Source of the DNA: an uncultured Solirubrobacteraceae bacterium
Lineage (GTDB): Bacteria > Actinomycetota > Thermoleophilia > Solirubrobacterales > Solirubrobacteraceae
Assembly (NCBI GenBank): GCA_963813055.1
Contig: CAWEXM010000006.1
Span: 364,433-428,432, forward strand
Reading direction: 5' to 3'
DNA length: 64,000 nucleotides
Notes under the pieces: model-generated
Database searches by the model: none
The model's input: the letters and a program-made list of their open reading frames with translations, nothing else
What the model was told of the DNA's origin: nothing
Translations under genes and position numbers: made by a program
In this document: piece after piece, positions 53,422-63,458 of the stretch
Position numbering within the stretch: position 1 is the first letter of the stretch
How the letters are laid out: each line of letters opens with the position of its first letter

Positions 53422-54233
53422 AGGCCGTAAATCTGATCCCCGCGGCCCAGCGCGAGGGCGCGGCCGTCGGCGCAGGGCACTCCGAGGGCGGCGCCTACGC
53501 GCTGCTCGGACTGCTGGCCGGCGTGGCGCTCCTGGCGGTGCTGTACGGCATGGCCAAACACGACATCTCCAGCCGTCGCGCACAGGCGGCGTCGCTCACC
53601 GCGCAGGCGCAGAGCGCACAGAGCGCGGCCAGCCAGCTCGCGCCCTACACCTCCTTCGTCTCGGTGCGCGACCAGCGCATCGCGGCCGTCAACACGCTCG
53701 TCGAGTCCCGCTTCGACTGGGCCCACGCCTTCCACGAATTCGGTCGCACCGTCCCGATCGGCGTGTCGTTCAACTCGCTGCAGGGAACGATCGGCTCGGG
53801 AGTCAGCGCCGCGACGGTGTCGCCGCCCGCGGCCTCCGCGAGCCAGCCCTCGGCTGCTGCCGGCGCAGGCGCCTCCGTCGCGTCAGCGACTCCCCCGGGC
53901 AGCGTCCCCGCGTTCACGCTCGCCGGATGCGCGGTCAGCCAGGCGACGGTGGCGCGGATGCTCGAGCGCCTGCGACTGATCGACGGCGTCAAAGACGTGA
54001 CGCTCCAGAGTTCCACCGCGGCCGCGCCCACGCCCGGCGGCACCGGCGGCGGCTCGGGCGGCGGATGCGCGGGCGGCGAGCCGGCCTTCTCGGTGACGAT
54101 CACGTTCGCCCCGATGCCGACGCCCACCACGCCCACCACGCCCACACCTTCCACGAGCGCGAGCACGGTCGCCGACAGCGCCGGCTCGACCCCCTCCACC
54201 GCGTCCACGAGCTACGGGAGCGCCGCACGATGA
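53418..54233 (+). CDS. pilN: PilN-like protein
   Basis: N-terminal VNLIP (PilM-binding INLLP-type motif), TM, coiled coil. Confidence 0.8.
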   Translation: MKAVNLIPAAQREGAAVGAGHSEGGAYALLGLLAGVALLAVLYGMAKHDISSRRAQAASLTAQAQSAQSAASQLAPYTSFVSVRDQRIAAVNTLVESRFDWAHAFHEFGRTVPIGVSFNSLQGTIGSGVSAATVSPPAASASQPSAAAGAGASVASATPPGSVPAFTLAGCAVSQATVARMLERLRLIDGVKDVTLQSSTAAAPTPGGTGGGSGGGCAGGEPAFSVTITFAPMPTPTTPTTPTPSTSASTVADSAGSTPSTASTSYGSAAR

Positions 54234-54973
54234 CCGGTCGCGATCGCATCGTCCTGATGGCAGTGATCGTGGTGGCCGTCCTAGGCGCCGGGTGGATGCT
54301 CGTCGTCTCGCCGGAGCGCAAGAAGGCGAACAGCCTCGGCGCTGAAGTGACGAGCGCCCAGGCCACGCTGAGCACCGCCGAAGGCGAACTCTCCAAAGCG
54401 CGGTCCGCGCAGTCGCAGTACGCGGCCGCGTACAGCTCGATCGTGAGCCTCGGCAAAGCGGTCCCCGCGGACAAGGAAGTGCCGTCGCTGATCTTCCAGC
54501 TCTCACACGCCACCCAGCAGCGCAACGTGTTCTTCTCCTCGATCTCCACCGGAACGAGCGGTGCGGCAGGCGCGGGCGCGGCCCCGGCGGCGAGCACACC
54601 CGCGGCTGCGAGCGCTGCGGCCGCAGGCTTCACGACGATGCCGTTCTCGTTCGTCTTCGACGGCAGCTTCTTCGATCTGGAAAGGCTGATGCGCAAGCTG
54701 ACCAACTTCACCACGCGCACCGCCTCGGGCGCGCTGAAGGTCAACGGGCGCCTGTTGACGATCCAGAGCATCAACCTGGCGCCCGTCAACAAATCCGGCG
54801 CGACCCCCAGCAACGAACTGACCGGCACCGTGACCGCGAGCGCGTACGTGCTCCCGGGCGGCGCGACGTCCGGCGCGACCCCGGCCTCGCCGACGGGCGC
54901 GAGCACCCCCGCCTCGACCCCCGGAGCCCCCAGCTCCCCGACCGCTCCGGCGACCGTCACGGTGAACCCATGA
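54230..54973 (+). CDS. pilO: PilO-like protein
   Basis: TM, coiled coil, VP...EVPSLIFQL, F.GSFFDL, RLLTI; follows pilN. Confidence 0.78.
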   Translation: MTGRDRIVLMAVIVVAVLGAGWMLVVSPERKKANSLGAEVTSAQATLSTAEGELSKARSAQSQYAAAYSSIVSLGKAVPADKEVPSLIFQLSHATQQRNVFFSSISTGTSGAAGAGAAPAASTPAAASAAAAGFTTMPFSFVFDGSFFDLERLMRKLTNFTTRTASGALKVNGRLLTIQSINLAPVNKSGATPSNELTGTVTASAYVLPGGATSGATPASPTGASTPASTPGAPSSPTAPATVTVNP

Positions 54974-55941
54974 CCGACTTTCTCAACGCACTGAAGACGG
55001 ACCTCTCCGACCGGCGCCTGCTGCCGTTCGTGGCCCTTGTGGGCGTGGCGCTGCTCGCGGCGGTCGGCTACGTGATCGTCGGCGGCGGCTCCTCGGGCTC
55101 ATCCACCCCCACGGCCACGGTCGCTCCCGTCACCGCGAGCGCTCCCCCGTCGAAGCTGGCCACGGTCACCCAGGCGAGCACCGAAAAGCCCGCCGCGGAG
55201 ACGACCGAAGGCACGAACGCCCAGCACCGCGGAGTCGCACGCGACCCGTTCGTCGGGCTGCCGGTGAAAACCAGCAAAGCGACCGCTGCCACGACTCCGT
55301 CGACGAGCACCGGCTCGACGCCGAAGTCGGGCGAATCCACGCCGAAGACGGGCGGCTCGACCCCCGCGCCGACGAAACCGTCGACGCCCGCGAAGCCGAA
55401 GACCGTCTACCGCGTAGCCGTGATGTTCGGCACGATCCCCCCGGGCACCGACCCGCAGGCTGCGACTCTGACGCCGTATGTGAACCTCAAGCTGCTGACG
55501 CCGCTGCCATCCGCCGCGCAGCCGCTGCTCGTGTACCGCGGCGTGACCAGCGGCGGACACAGCGCGACGTTCACGCTCGTCGGCGAAGCGATCCTGCGCG
55601 GCAGCGCCAGCTGCCTGCCGAACGCGTCGCAGTGCGAAGCGATCGACGTCAAGCCGGGGCAGAGCGAGCAGCTCGAATACCTGCCGCCGACCGGTGGTCC
55701 GGCGGTGCTCTACGAACTGAGGGTCGTGACGATCGCATCGAGCAAAGCGCACGCCGGCTCGGTCAAGAGCCTCCTGGGCGGGATCTCCAAGGCGGGCCGC
55801 GAAGTGCTGCGTCGCTCCGGACTCGTGGCGATCCCATACCTGCACTACACCAAGCAGCTGGGAGTGCTCGCGTTCTCGAGTCACCCCACCGCCAAGGCAG
55901 CCCGCGCGCACGGCGCACGACGCTTCGACTCGAGCCGCTGA
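54970..55941 (+). CDS. membrane-anchored pilus-operon protein (PilP position)
   Basis: TM, RDPF motif, Thr/Pro linker, Cys pair; ATGA-coupled to pilO. Confidence 0.65.
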   Translation: MTDFLNALKTDLSDRRLLPFVALVGVALLAAVGYVIVGGGSSGSSTPTATVAPVTASAPPSKLATVTQASTEKPAAETTEGTNAQHRGVARDPFVGLPVKTSKATAATTPSTSTGSTPKSGESTPKTGGSTPAPTKPSTPAKPKTVYRVAVMFGTIPPGTDPQAATLTPYVNLKLLTPLPSAAQPLLVYRGVTSGGHSATFTLVGEAILRGSASCLPNASQCEAIDVKPGQSEQLEYLPPTGGPAVLYELRVVTIASSKAHAGSVKSLLGGISKAGREVLRRSGLVAIPYLHYTKQLGVLAFSSHPTAKAARAHGARRFDSSR

Positions 55942-55989
55942 GCGTCCAGCAATCGAGCCGCTGCGCCCTCAGCAAATAAGCTAGGGGCG

Positions 55990-57168
55990 ATGGCGCTCCG
56001 TCTCATCACCGCCGGCGAGTCGCACGGCCCCGGTCTCACATGCATCGTCGAGGGCCTCCCCGCGGGCCTGACGCTCCAGGCTGAGCGGATCAACGGCGAC
56101 ATGGCGCGCCGCCAGCTGGGCCACGGCCGCGGCGGACGGATGAAGATCGAGCGCGACAGCGCGGCGATCACGGGCGGCGTGCGCCACGGGCGCACGCTCG
56201 GAGGGCCGGTGGCGCTGCAGGTCGCAAACCGCGACTACGCCAACTGGGAGGAGCGCATGAACCCGTGGCCCGTATTGGACCCCGCCCACCCGGTCCCCGA
56301 GGTGCACCTGCCGCGGCCCGGGCACGCTGACCTGGTGGGCACGCAGAAGTACAAGCAGAGCGACGTGCGCAACATCCTCGAGCGGGCCTCCGCGCGCGAG
56401 ACCGCGGCGCGTGTGGCGGGCGGGGCGCTGTGCAAGGCGTTCTTGAGTGCGCTCGGCGTGGAGGTCTACTCGCACGTGATCCAGATCGCCTCGGTGCACG
56501 CGCCTGCGGCTGAGCGGGAGCTGACGGCGGCTGATTTCGAGCACGTCGACGACTCGCCCGTGCGCTGTCTGGACGCTGATGCGTCGAAGGCGATGGTGCG
56601 CGAGATCGACAAGCTGCGCAAGGCGAACGAGTCGCTGGGCGGCGTGTTCGAGGTGCAGGCGTTCGGGTTGCTGCCGGGCCTGGGCTCCCACATCTCCTGG
56701 GAGGAGCGCCTGGACGGGCGCCTGGCGATGGCGATCTGCTCGATCCAGGCGCTGAAGGGCGTGGCGATCGGCGACGGGTTCACGGTCGCCGGGCTGCCGG
56801 GTTCGCAGGCGCACGACGAGATCTTCTTCTCCGAGGAGCGTGGCTACTACCGCGAGAGCAACCGCTCGGGTGGCCTCGAGGGCGGGATGACGACCGGCTG
56901 TCCGCTGGTGGTGCGCGGCGCGATGAAGCCGCTGCCGACGCTCACCAAGCCGCTGCGCTCGGTCGACACCTCCACGCATGAGCCCGCGCAGGCGCTGCGC
57001 GAGCGCACCGACTCGTGCACGGTGCCCGCGGCGGGCGTCGTCGGGGAGGCGATGGTCGCGCTGGTGCTGGCGGACGCCTACCGGCAGAAGTTCGGCGGCG
57101 ACCACATCGACGACGTGCTCGAGGCCGTGCACGCATACGAACAGCGGATCGGATGGCATTCGTCCTAG
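55990..57168 (+). CDS. aroC: chorismate synthase
   Basis: TAGESHG, PRPGHAD, ERASARET, GGLEGGMT, MKPLPT. Confidence 0.97.
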   Translation: MALRLITAGESHGPGLTCIVEGLPAGLTLQAERINGDMARRQLGHGRGGRMKIERDSAAITGGVRHGRTLGGPVALQVANRDYANWEERMNPWPVLDPAHPVPEVHLPRPGHADLVGTQKYKQSDVRNILERASARETAARVAGGALCKAFLSALGVEVYSHVIQIASVHAPAAERELTAADFEHVDDSPVRCLDADASKAMVREIDKLRKANESLGGVFEVQAFGLLPGLGSHISWEERLDGRLAMAICSIQALKGVAIGDGFTVAGLPGSQAHDEIFFSEERGYYRESNRSGGLEGGMTTGCPLVVRGAMKPLPTLTKPLRSVDTSTHEPAQALRERTDSCTVPAAGVVGEAMVALVLADAYRQKFGGDHIDDVLEAVHAYEQRIGWHSS

Positions 57169-58703
57169 TCGGCTTCATGGGGGCCGGCAAGTCGACGGCG
57201 GCGGGCGAATTGGCGGCCGCGGCGGGCGTGAGCGCGATCGACAGCGATGCGCTGCTGGAGGAGCGACTCGGGCACCCGGTTGCGCGCGAGTTCGCGCTGA
57301 ACGGCGAGGCGGCGTTTCGCGCGGCAGAGGAGGAGCTCGTGTGCGAGCTTCTGGCCCGCGCTGGGCGCGAGGACGTGGTCGCGCTGGGGGGTGGGAGCGT
57401 CACATCTGAGAGGGTGCGCAAAGCGCTCGCCAAGCACGTCGCTGTGCTGCTAGACGTCGAGCCGGCGACCGCGTGGCAGCGGGTGCACTCATCGCCCGGC
57501 GGCGCCGCGCGGCCGCTCGCGCGCGACCGCGACGCGTTCGGGGCGCTGCATGCGGAGCGCAGGGAGCTGTACGAGGAACTCGCGGATGCGATCTTCACAG
57601 AGATGCCGTTCGGAGCGGTGGCGCGCGCGCTCCCCGGTCTGGACGCGCTCGCGGCGGCCCCGCGCGGCGCGCGGCTCCTGTGGGCGCACTCCTCTTCCGG
57701 GGAATACCCGGTGCTCGTCGCGCGCGGCCTGCTCGACAAGCTGGCGCGCTCGCCGGCGCTCTGGCCGCTGGACCGCTCGCGCTCGCGTTCGTTCTGCGTG
57801 AGCGACGAGATGGTGGCGGGGTTGTACGGGGAGCGGCTGGGGGAGACGGCGCACACGGTCGCGATCCCGGCGGGGGAGGAAAGCAAGACGCTCGCGAGCG
57901 CCGAGCGGGTGTGGCACGAGCTCGTGGCCGCGGGCATGACGCGCGCCGACCACGTTGTTGCGCTCGGCGGCGGCGTGGTCGGCGACCTCGCAGGTTTCTG
58001 CGCCGGCACCTACCAGCGCGGCGTGCCGGTGGTGCAGGTGCCGACGACGCTCGTCGCGCAGGTCGACTCCGCCTACGGCGGCAAGACGGGCGTGGATCTG
58101 CCGGAGGCGAAGAACTACGTCGGCGTTTACCACCAGCCGGCGGGCGTGCTGGTCGACCCCGACGCTCTCTCCACGCTGCCCGCGGCGGAGTTCGCGGCAG
58201 GCTGGGTCGAGGTGCTGAAGACCGCGCTGATCGCCGGTGGGCGACTGTGGGAGGACGTGTCCGGCGGGGGAGAGGTTGACGAGCGCACGATTCTCGCGTG
58301 CGCTCGCACGAAGCTCGCGGTGGTCGCGGAGGACGAGCGCGACGGCGGACGCCGCCAGGTCCTGAACCTGGGGCACACGGTGGGGCATGCGATCGAGACC
58401 GCGAGCGGATACGCGCGCTTCCGTCACGGAGAGGCCGTCGGCCTGGGCCTGTTGGCCGCGCTGACGCTGTCGGGCCTGCCGGAGCTGCGCGAGCAGGTGC
58501 GCGAGCTGCTCGTCGCGCACGAGCTGCCGGTGAAGCTGGAGGGCGTGCCGGTCGCGGAGGTGATCAACGCGATCGCGCGCGACAAGAAGCGAGTGGGGGA
58601 GAGCGTGCCGTTCGTGCTCGTGCGCGCTCCCGGCGAGGTGGCGCACGGCTGCGAGGTCGACGCGGACGAGGTGCGCGCGGCCGTCGAGGAGCTGGCGGCG
58701 TGA
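57153..58703 (+). CDS. aroB: bifunctional shikimate kinase / 3-dehydroquinate synthase (AroK-AroB fusion)
   Basis: GFMGAGKST, ALGGG and RPL, then GGGVVGDLAGF, PTTLVAQVDS, GGKTG, LNLGHT, HGEAV. Confidence 0.93.
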   Translation: MAFVLVGFMGAGKSTAAGELAAAAGVSAIDSDALLEERLGHPVAREFALNGEAAFRAAEEELVCELLARAGREDVVALGGGSVTSERVRKALAKHVAVLLDVEPATAWQRVHSSPGGAARPLARDRDAFGALHAERRELYEELADAIFTEMPFGAVARALPGLDALAAAPRGARLLWAHSSSGEYPVLVARGLLDKLARSPALWPLDRSRSRSFCVSDEMVAGLYGERLGETAHTVAIPAGEESKTLASAERVWHELVAAGMTRADHVVALGGGVVGDLAGFCAGTYQRGVPVVQVPTTLVAQVDSAYGGKTGVDLPEAKNYVGVYHQPAGVLVDPDALSTLPAAEFAAGWVEVLKTALIAGGRLWEDVSGGGEVDERTILACARTKLAVVAEDERDGGRRQVLNLGHTVGHAIETASGYARFRHGEAVGLGLLAALTLSGLPELREQVRELLVAHELPVKLEGVPVAEVINAIARDKKRVGESVPFVLVRAPGEVAHGCEVDADEVRAAVEELAA

Positions 58704-59161
58704 GCGGCGCCCGCCACCGCATCGAGGTGATGCACGGAGTCAACCTCGATCAGCTCGGCAAGCGCAACCCGCTGCTGTACGGCACGCTGACGCTCGCGGA
58801 GCTGGAGCAGCGCATCGAGGGGGAAGCAGCGGCGCTCGAAATCGCCACGGGCTTCTTCCAGACCAACCACGAAGGCGCGTTCGTTGAGCACCTGCACTCG
58901 CTGCGCGACAGCGACACGGACGCGATCCTGATCAACGCGGGCTCGTGGACGCACTACGCGTGGTCGATCCGCGACGCGCTGGAGATCGCGGGGTTGCCGG
59001 CCTTGGAGATCCACATCTCCGACGTGCAGAACCGCGAGCAGTGGCGGCGCTTCTCGGTGTTCGGCGAGCTGTGCTTCGCGACGATCTCCGGCCGCGGCCC
59101 GGACGGTTACGGCGAGGCGCTCGAGCTGCTGCGCGAGCATCTCGACGGGCTGGGCTCGTGA
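58700..59161 (+). CDS. aroQ: type II 3-dehydroquinate dehydratase
   Basis: HGVNLDQLGKR.P..YG, QTNHEG, INAGSWTH, EIHIS. Confidence 0.93.
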   Translation: MSGARHRIEVMHGVNLDQLGKRNPLLYGTLTLAELEQRIEGEAAALEIATGFFQTNHEGAFVEHLHSLRDSDTDAILINAGSWTHYAWSIRDALEIAGLPALEIHISDVQNREQWRRFSVFGELCFATISGRGPDGYGEALELLREHLDGLGS

Positions 59162-60258
59162 GCGCACGCGCGGAGCGCCTCGCGGCCGACCTCGATGCGC
59201 TCGGCGTGGACGCGCTGCTGGTGCAGTCGCTCGTGGACGTGCGCTACCTCACCGGCTTCACCGGCAGCAACGGGATCGCGCTGATCCTTGGCCCGCGCCT
59301 CGCGGCGGAGCTGGGCTCGCACCGCTTCTACACGGACTTCCGCTACACGACCCAATCCGCGGCGGAGGTGTCGGAGGCGTTCGCGCGCGAGATCGTCAGC
59401 GGCGAGCTGGGGGAGGCGGTCGCGGCGACGCTCGAGAAGAGCGCCGGCAAGCTGGGGTTCGACGACGCGAGCGTGACGGTAAAGGCGCACGGGCGCCTGG
59501 CGGAGCTGCTGGGGGACGGCTGGGAGCTGGTGGGATGCGCGGGCGCGGTGCAGCGCCTGCGCGCCATCAAGGACGCGGGCGAGATCGCGCGCATCCGCGC
59601 CGCGAGCGAGCTCGCGGACGAGGCGCTGCGCGGCGTGCTGGAAGCGGGTCTGGTGGGCCGCGGCGAGCGCGACGTGGCGATCGAGCTGGAGCTGCGCATG
59701 CGCCGCCTCGGGGCGGAGGCGCCGAGCTTCCCGTCGATCGTCGCCGCGGGCGCGCACGGGGCGCTGCCGCACGCCCAGCCGCGCGCGCAGGAGATCCCGC
59801 ACGACGTGCTCGTGACGATCGATTGGGGCGCGCTGCACGAGGGCTACTGCTCCGACTGCACCCGCACGTACGCCACCGGAGAGGGGATCTCGGCGCTGGC
59901 GCGGGAGGTGTACGCGGTCGTGCTGGACGCCCAGGAGAAGGGCCTCGCGGCGGTGGCCGCTGGGCTGAGCGGGCGCGACCTCGACGCGGTGGCGCGTCAG
60001 GCGATCGAGCAGGCTGGGTACGGCGAGCAGTTCGGCCACGGCCTTGGGCACGGCGTGGGCCTGGAGATCCACGAGGCGCCGCGGCTGTCGCGCACCGCCT
60101 CGGAGGAGCCACTGGTTGTCGGCAACGTGGTGACGGTCGAGCCGGGCGTCTATCTCCCGGGCGAGCTGGGCGTGAGGATCGAGGACCTGGTCGCGGTGGG
60201 CGAGCTGGGGCCTGACGTCCTGACGACGCTGCCGAAGGACTTGACGATCGTCACCTGA
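59158..60258 (+). CDS. Xaa-Pro aminopeptidase (M24)
   Basis: RYLTGFTGS, DFRY, LPH, IDWG, YCSDCTRT, HGLGHGVGLEIHE, VEPGVY, GVRIED. Confidence 0.94.
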   Translation: MSARAERLAADLDALGVDALLVQSLVDVRYLTGFTGSNGIALILGPRLAAELGSHRFYTDFRYTTQSAAEVSEAFAREIVSGELGEAVAATLEKSAGKLGFDDASVTVKAHGRLAELLGDGWELVGCAGAVQRLRAIKDAGEIARIRAASELADEALRGVLEAGLVGRGERDVAIELELRMRRLGAEAPSFPSIVAAGAHGALPHAQPRAQEIPHDVLVTIDWGALHEGYCSDCTRTYATGEGISALAREVYAVVLDAQEKGLAAVAAGLSGRDLDAVARQAIEQAGYGEQFGHGLGHGVGLEIHEAPRLSRTASEEPLVVGNVVTVEPGVYLPGELGVRIEDLVAVGELGPDVLTTLPKDLTIVT

Positions 60259-61478
60259 GCGAGATGCGCCGCCAGCCAGCAGGCGAGCGGCAGCGACCAT
60301 GCGAGGAAGAACGCCGACTGCAAGTCGGGCGCTACGTGCGAGGGCAGCCATCCGAAGCTGAGCCACGCCAGCGCGGTGCTGGCGAGCGCGATCACGGGCG
60401 GTCGGCTGGTGCGGGCGGCGACCTCCCACGCGAGCAGCGCGAGCAGGAACGGCAGCGGGTAGTAGGAGATGTCCCACGGGTCGAGCATGCAGCGCAGCAG
60501 CAGTAACAGCGCGAGCAGTTGAAGCGCTGCGCCCTTCGTGCGCCGCGAGCGCCAGGCGAGCAGCGTGAGCGGGATGGCGAGCAGGACGATCAGGGGGTGT
60601 GTGATGCCGCTCAGCCAGCCGGGTGCGATGCGCCATTGCGGGCGGGTGTTGAGGGGCGCGTTGAGCGGCACGCTGCGCACTTCGCCGTGCGGCGCGGGCA
60701 CGTGGTTTGGCGTGCCGAGGAACCACCACACCTCCCACGGCTGGAAGATTTCCTCAGCGGGGGTGGCGAGGGTCTGATGCGCGATGCCGCCGCGCGAGAC
60801 GATCGTCAGCGGCGCGAGCACGAGCGCCGTGACGGCGGCGGCGATCGCCATGCAGGCGAGCGCGGGACGCCAGTGCCACGCCCCGACGCTCGGCGCGAGC
60901 GCGAGCAGCACGGGTCCGACGGCGAGCAGCGCCCACGGCTTGTTGGCGAGCGCGAGGCCCAGCAGCGCACCGGCCCACACGACCCGTCCGCGCCCGAGCG
61001 AAGCGCGACCCGCGACGAGTACCGCGGCGACGCACAGGCACGCGCCGAGGATCTCCTCGGCGTGGCCGTATTCGAGCGCGAACAACGCGATCGGGTTGGC
61101 GGCGCACACGCCGACGGCGACGGCGCGCGCGAGCGTCGAATGGCCGGCGGCTCGCATGCGTGCGCACAGCCACACCGCGAGCACGACCGCGGCCAGCAGA
61201 CAGGGGAGCGCGATCATGCGGTAGACGGCGAGTTCGCCGCCGCCCCACAGGCTCGGAGCCAGCGCGAACGGCGCTCTCATGACGAGTGAGCCGCCATAGG
61301 CGGGGGCGAGCCTGAGGAACTCCACGAAGTGCCCATGAGCGAGCGCGCTGAACGAAGGCTGGGCCTCCATTTCGTAGTCGTTCCAGGCGAAGCCGTACAA
61401 CCCCAGCCACGCGGTCGTCGCGCAGCCGGTGATCGCCGTGAACGCGCACAGGGCGTTCTCGCGCAAAGCTCGCCGCAT
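60150..61478 (-). CDS. GT-C-fold (GT87-like) multi-TM glycosyltransferase
   Basis: N-terminal DY.E loop, GHAEE, GLALANKPW, YYPLP; many TM segments; 3' end overlaps the convergent peptidase. Confidence 0.65.
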   Translation of the reverse strand: MRRALRENALCAFTAITGCATTAWLGLYGFAWNDYEMEAQPSFSALAHGHFVEFLRLAPAYGGSLVMRAPFALAPSLWGGGELAVYRMIALPCLLAAVVLAVWLCARMRAAGHSTLARAVAVGVCAANPIALFALEYGHAEEILGACLCVAAVLVAGRASLGRGRVVWAGALLGLALANKPWALLAVGPVLLALAPSVGAWHWRPALACMAIAAAVTALVLAPLTIVSRGGIAHQTLATPAEEIFQPWEVWWFLGTPNHVPAPHGEVRSVPLNAPLNTRPQWRIAPGWLSGITHPLIVLLAIPLTLLAWRSRRTKGAALQLLALLLLLRCMLDPWDISYYPLPFLLALLAWEVAARTSRPPVIALASTALAWLSFGWLPSHVAPDLQSAFFLAWSLPLACWLAAHLAQVTIVKSFGSVVRTSGPSSPTATRSSILTPSSPGR

Positions 61479-61484
61479 AGGTAG

Positions 61485-61512
61485 ACATCGGCGGGAGCGG
61501 TAGGGGGCTTGA
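61485..61512 (-). promoter_or_regulatory. sigma-28/WhiG-type promoter for the GT-C gene
   Basis: TCAAG-N15-GCCGATGT; ATG at 61478. Confidence 0.7.
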
Positions 61513-61591
61513 GCACTGTCGCGGGCCGGACTACAGCAGCACACGCACACCCGGGCAGTGCATGCGATTAGCATGCTATCCTCAAGATCAC

Positions 61592-61828
61592 ATGTCTTCA
61601 ATGATTCAGATTCGCAATGTCCCCGACGAGCTGCACCGCGACCTCAAGGCGCGCGCGGCGCGCACGGGCATGACGCTCTCGGATTACGTACTCGCCGAGC
61701 TTCGCGCGCTCGCCGTACGCCCGACGATGCAGGAGTGGCTTGCACGCAGCGAGACGTGGGAGCAGGTCGAGACCAGCGAATCGCCCGCGGAGGCTCTTGC
61801 GGCCGAGCGCGGCGCCCGCGCGGCGTGA
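61592..61828 (+). CDS. FitA-like ribbon-helix-helix antitoxin
   Basis: [26 protein letters not shown]; GTGA overlap with the PIN gene. Confidence 0.88.
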   Translation: MSSMIQIRNVPDELHRDLKARAARTGMTLSDYVLAELRALAVRPTMQEWLARSETWEQVETSESPAEALAAERGARAA

Positions 61829-62217
61829 TCGTCGCGGACGCGAGTGCGATCGCGGAGCTGCTGCTCGCGCGTCCAAGGGCGGCTGCGATCCGCACGGCCC
61901 TGATGACGCATCCGGAGCTGCACGTTCCGGAGCACTTCCACGTCGAGATGCTGTCTGTCCTGCGCCGCTATTCGATCCGCCGCGAGTTGGGTCAGCGTCG
62001 AGCGGCCGAGGCGCTGGCGGCACTCGCGGATCTGCGCGTTCTGACGTACCCCGTGATCGAGCTCGCCGACACGGTATGGGACCTGCGGTTCGATCTGACG
62101 GCATACGACGCGGCGTACCTGGCGCTGGCGCGTCGGCTGGACGTAGGTCTGGTCACGCTCGACAAGGGGCTCGCAGAGGCGGCCGCGAAGGACGCGCGCC
62201 TCGTGGCTCTCGTCTGA
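61825..62217 (+). CDS. vapC: PIN-domain VapC toxin
   Basis: [28 protein letters not shown]. Confidence 0.9.
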   Translation: MIVADASAIAELLLARPRAAAIRTALMTHPELHVPEHFHVEMLSVLRRYSIRRELGQRRAAEALAALADLRVLTYPVIELADTVWDLRFDLTAYDAAYLALARRLDVGLVTLDKGLAEAAAKDARLVALV

Positions 62218-62258
62218 GCATCTGCCGGCCCCGCGCCCCGGCCGCTACCCTCCCAACG

Positions 62259-62825
62259 GTGATCACCACCAACCAATTCAAGAACGGCAACCACATCGAG
62301 GTCGAGGGGACGATCTTCAAGATCGTCGAGTTCCAGCACGTCAAGCCCGGCAAGGGCGGGGCGTTCGTGCGCACGAAGCTGCGCCGCAGCCTCCGACGGC
62401 AACGTGATCGACCGGACGTTCCGGGCGGGCGAGAAGTTCCGCCCGGTGCACACCGAGGCGCGCAAGATGCAGTTCCTCTACGCCGACGGCGCCGACGCGC
62501 ACTTCATGGACACGCGAGTCCTTCGAGCAGATCGCGGTCGCCGAGGCGACGGTCGCGGACGCGCTGCGCTGGATCACGCCGAGCAGCGAGGTCGAGGTGC
62601 TGTTCATCGACGACGAGCCCTCCGACGTGCAGCTGCCGAGCGCCGTCGACCTGGAGGTGACCGAGACCGAGCCCGGGACTGCGCGGCGACACGGTCTCGG
62701 GCGGCGGCACCAAGCCGGCGACGCTCGAGACCGGCGCGACGATCCAGGTGCCGCTGTTCGTCGAGCACGGGCGACGCGCATCCGCGTCGACACGCGCTCC
62801 GGCGACTACGTCGGCGCGCGCCTGA
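62259..62825 (+). CDS. efp: elongation factor P (frameshifted as sequenced)
   Basis: [44 protein letters not shown] across several frames. Confidence 0.9.
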
Positions 62826-62826
62826 G

Positions 62827-63239
62827 ATGCGCCGCACCGATCAGCGCCGCGCAGCGGTGGTCGCGCTCTACCAGCACGACCTCACCGGGCCGGCCGCTGG
62901 CGGAGACGCTCGGGCCGAACGCGTCGCTGTTCGCGCGCGCGCTCGCGCACGCGGCGGCCGACCGCGCGGAGGAGCTCGACGCGCTGATCGACCGCCACGC
63001 CCACGGCTGGTCGGTGGAGCGCATCCAGCCGCTCGAGCGCCGCATCATGCGCGTCGCGCTGATCGAGATGCTGCACCCCGACGCCGCGCCGGCGGACGAG
63101 CCGATCCCGCCGGAGGGGGCGATCGACGAGGCCGTCGAGAGCGCGAAGACGTTCTGCGGCGCGGACGCGCCCGGCTTCGTCAACGGGGTGCTCGCCGCGG
63201 TCCTGCGCGAGGTGCGCGAGAATGCGCAGCATCCCATGA
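62827..63239 (+). CDS. nusB: transcription antitermination factor NusB (frameshifted as sequenced)
   Basis: ALYQ, GWSVERI..LER.IMR, IDEAVE.AK.F, FVNGVL; 3' end approximate. Confidence 0.85.
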
Positions 63240-63444
63240 GCAGCGTGGAGCGCACTCGACGAGCTGATCGCCCGCCTCGAGCGCGCCGCCGAGCAGCTGC
63301 GCTCCGGCGAGCTCTCGGCCGACGCGGCCGCGACGCTGGTCGAGGACTGCGCGTCGCTGGCCACGCAGGCCGCGGCGGAGCTCGAGCGGCTGACGCGCGC
63401 CGAGGCGTTCGGCGCCCGCGCCCGGCCAGGACACGCTGCTGTAG
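63236..63444 (+). CDS. exodeoxyribonuclease VII small-subunit-like protein (frameshifted as sequenced)
   Basis: DELIARLERAAEQLRSGELSADAA..LVEDC; lies between nusB and the prenyltransferase. Confidence 0.55.
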
Positions 63445-63458
63445 GACCGCCGGCAGAC

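Noticed and set aside
41381-59161. Interleaving of shikimate and type IV pilus genes, and the AroK-AroB fusion, as novel
   Set aside because: aroE-pil-aroC/K/B/Q-efp-nusB synteny and aroKB fusions are already known in diverse bacteria
62380-62830. Programmed frameshifting in efp
   Set aside because: Multiple indels with no slippery sites, shared with neighbouring genes; sequencing error is the simpler explanation
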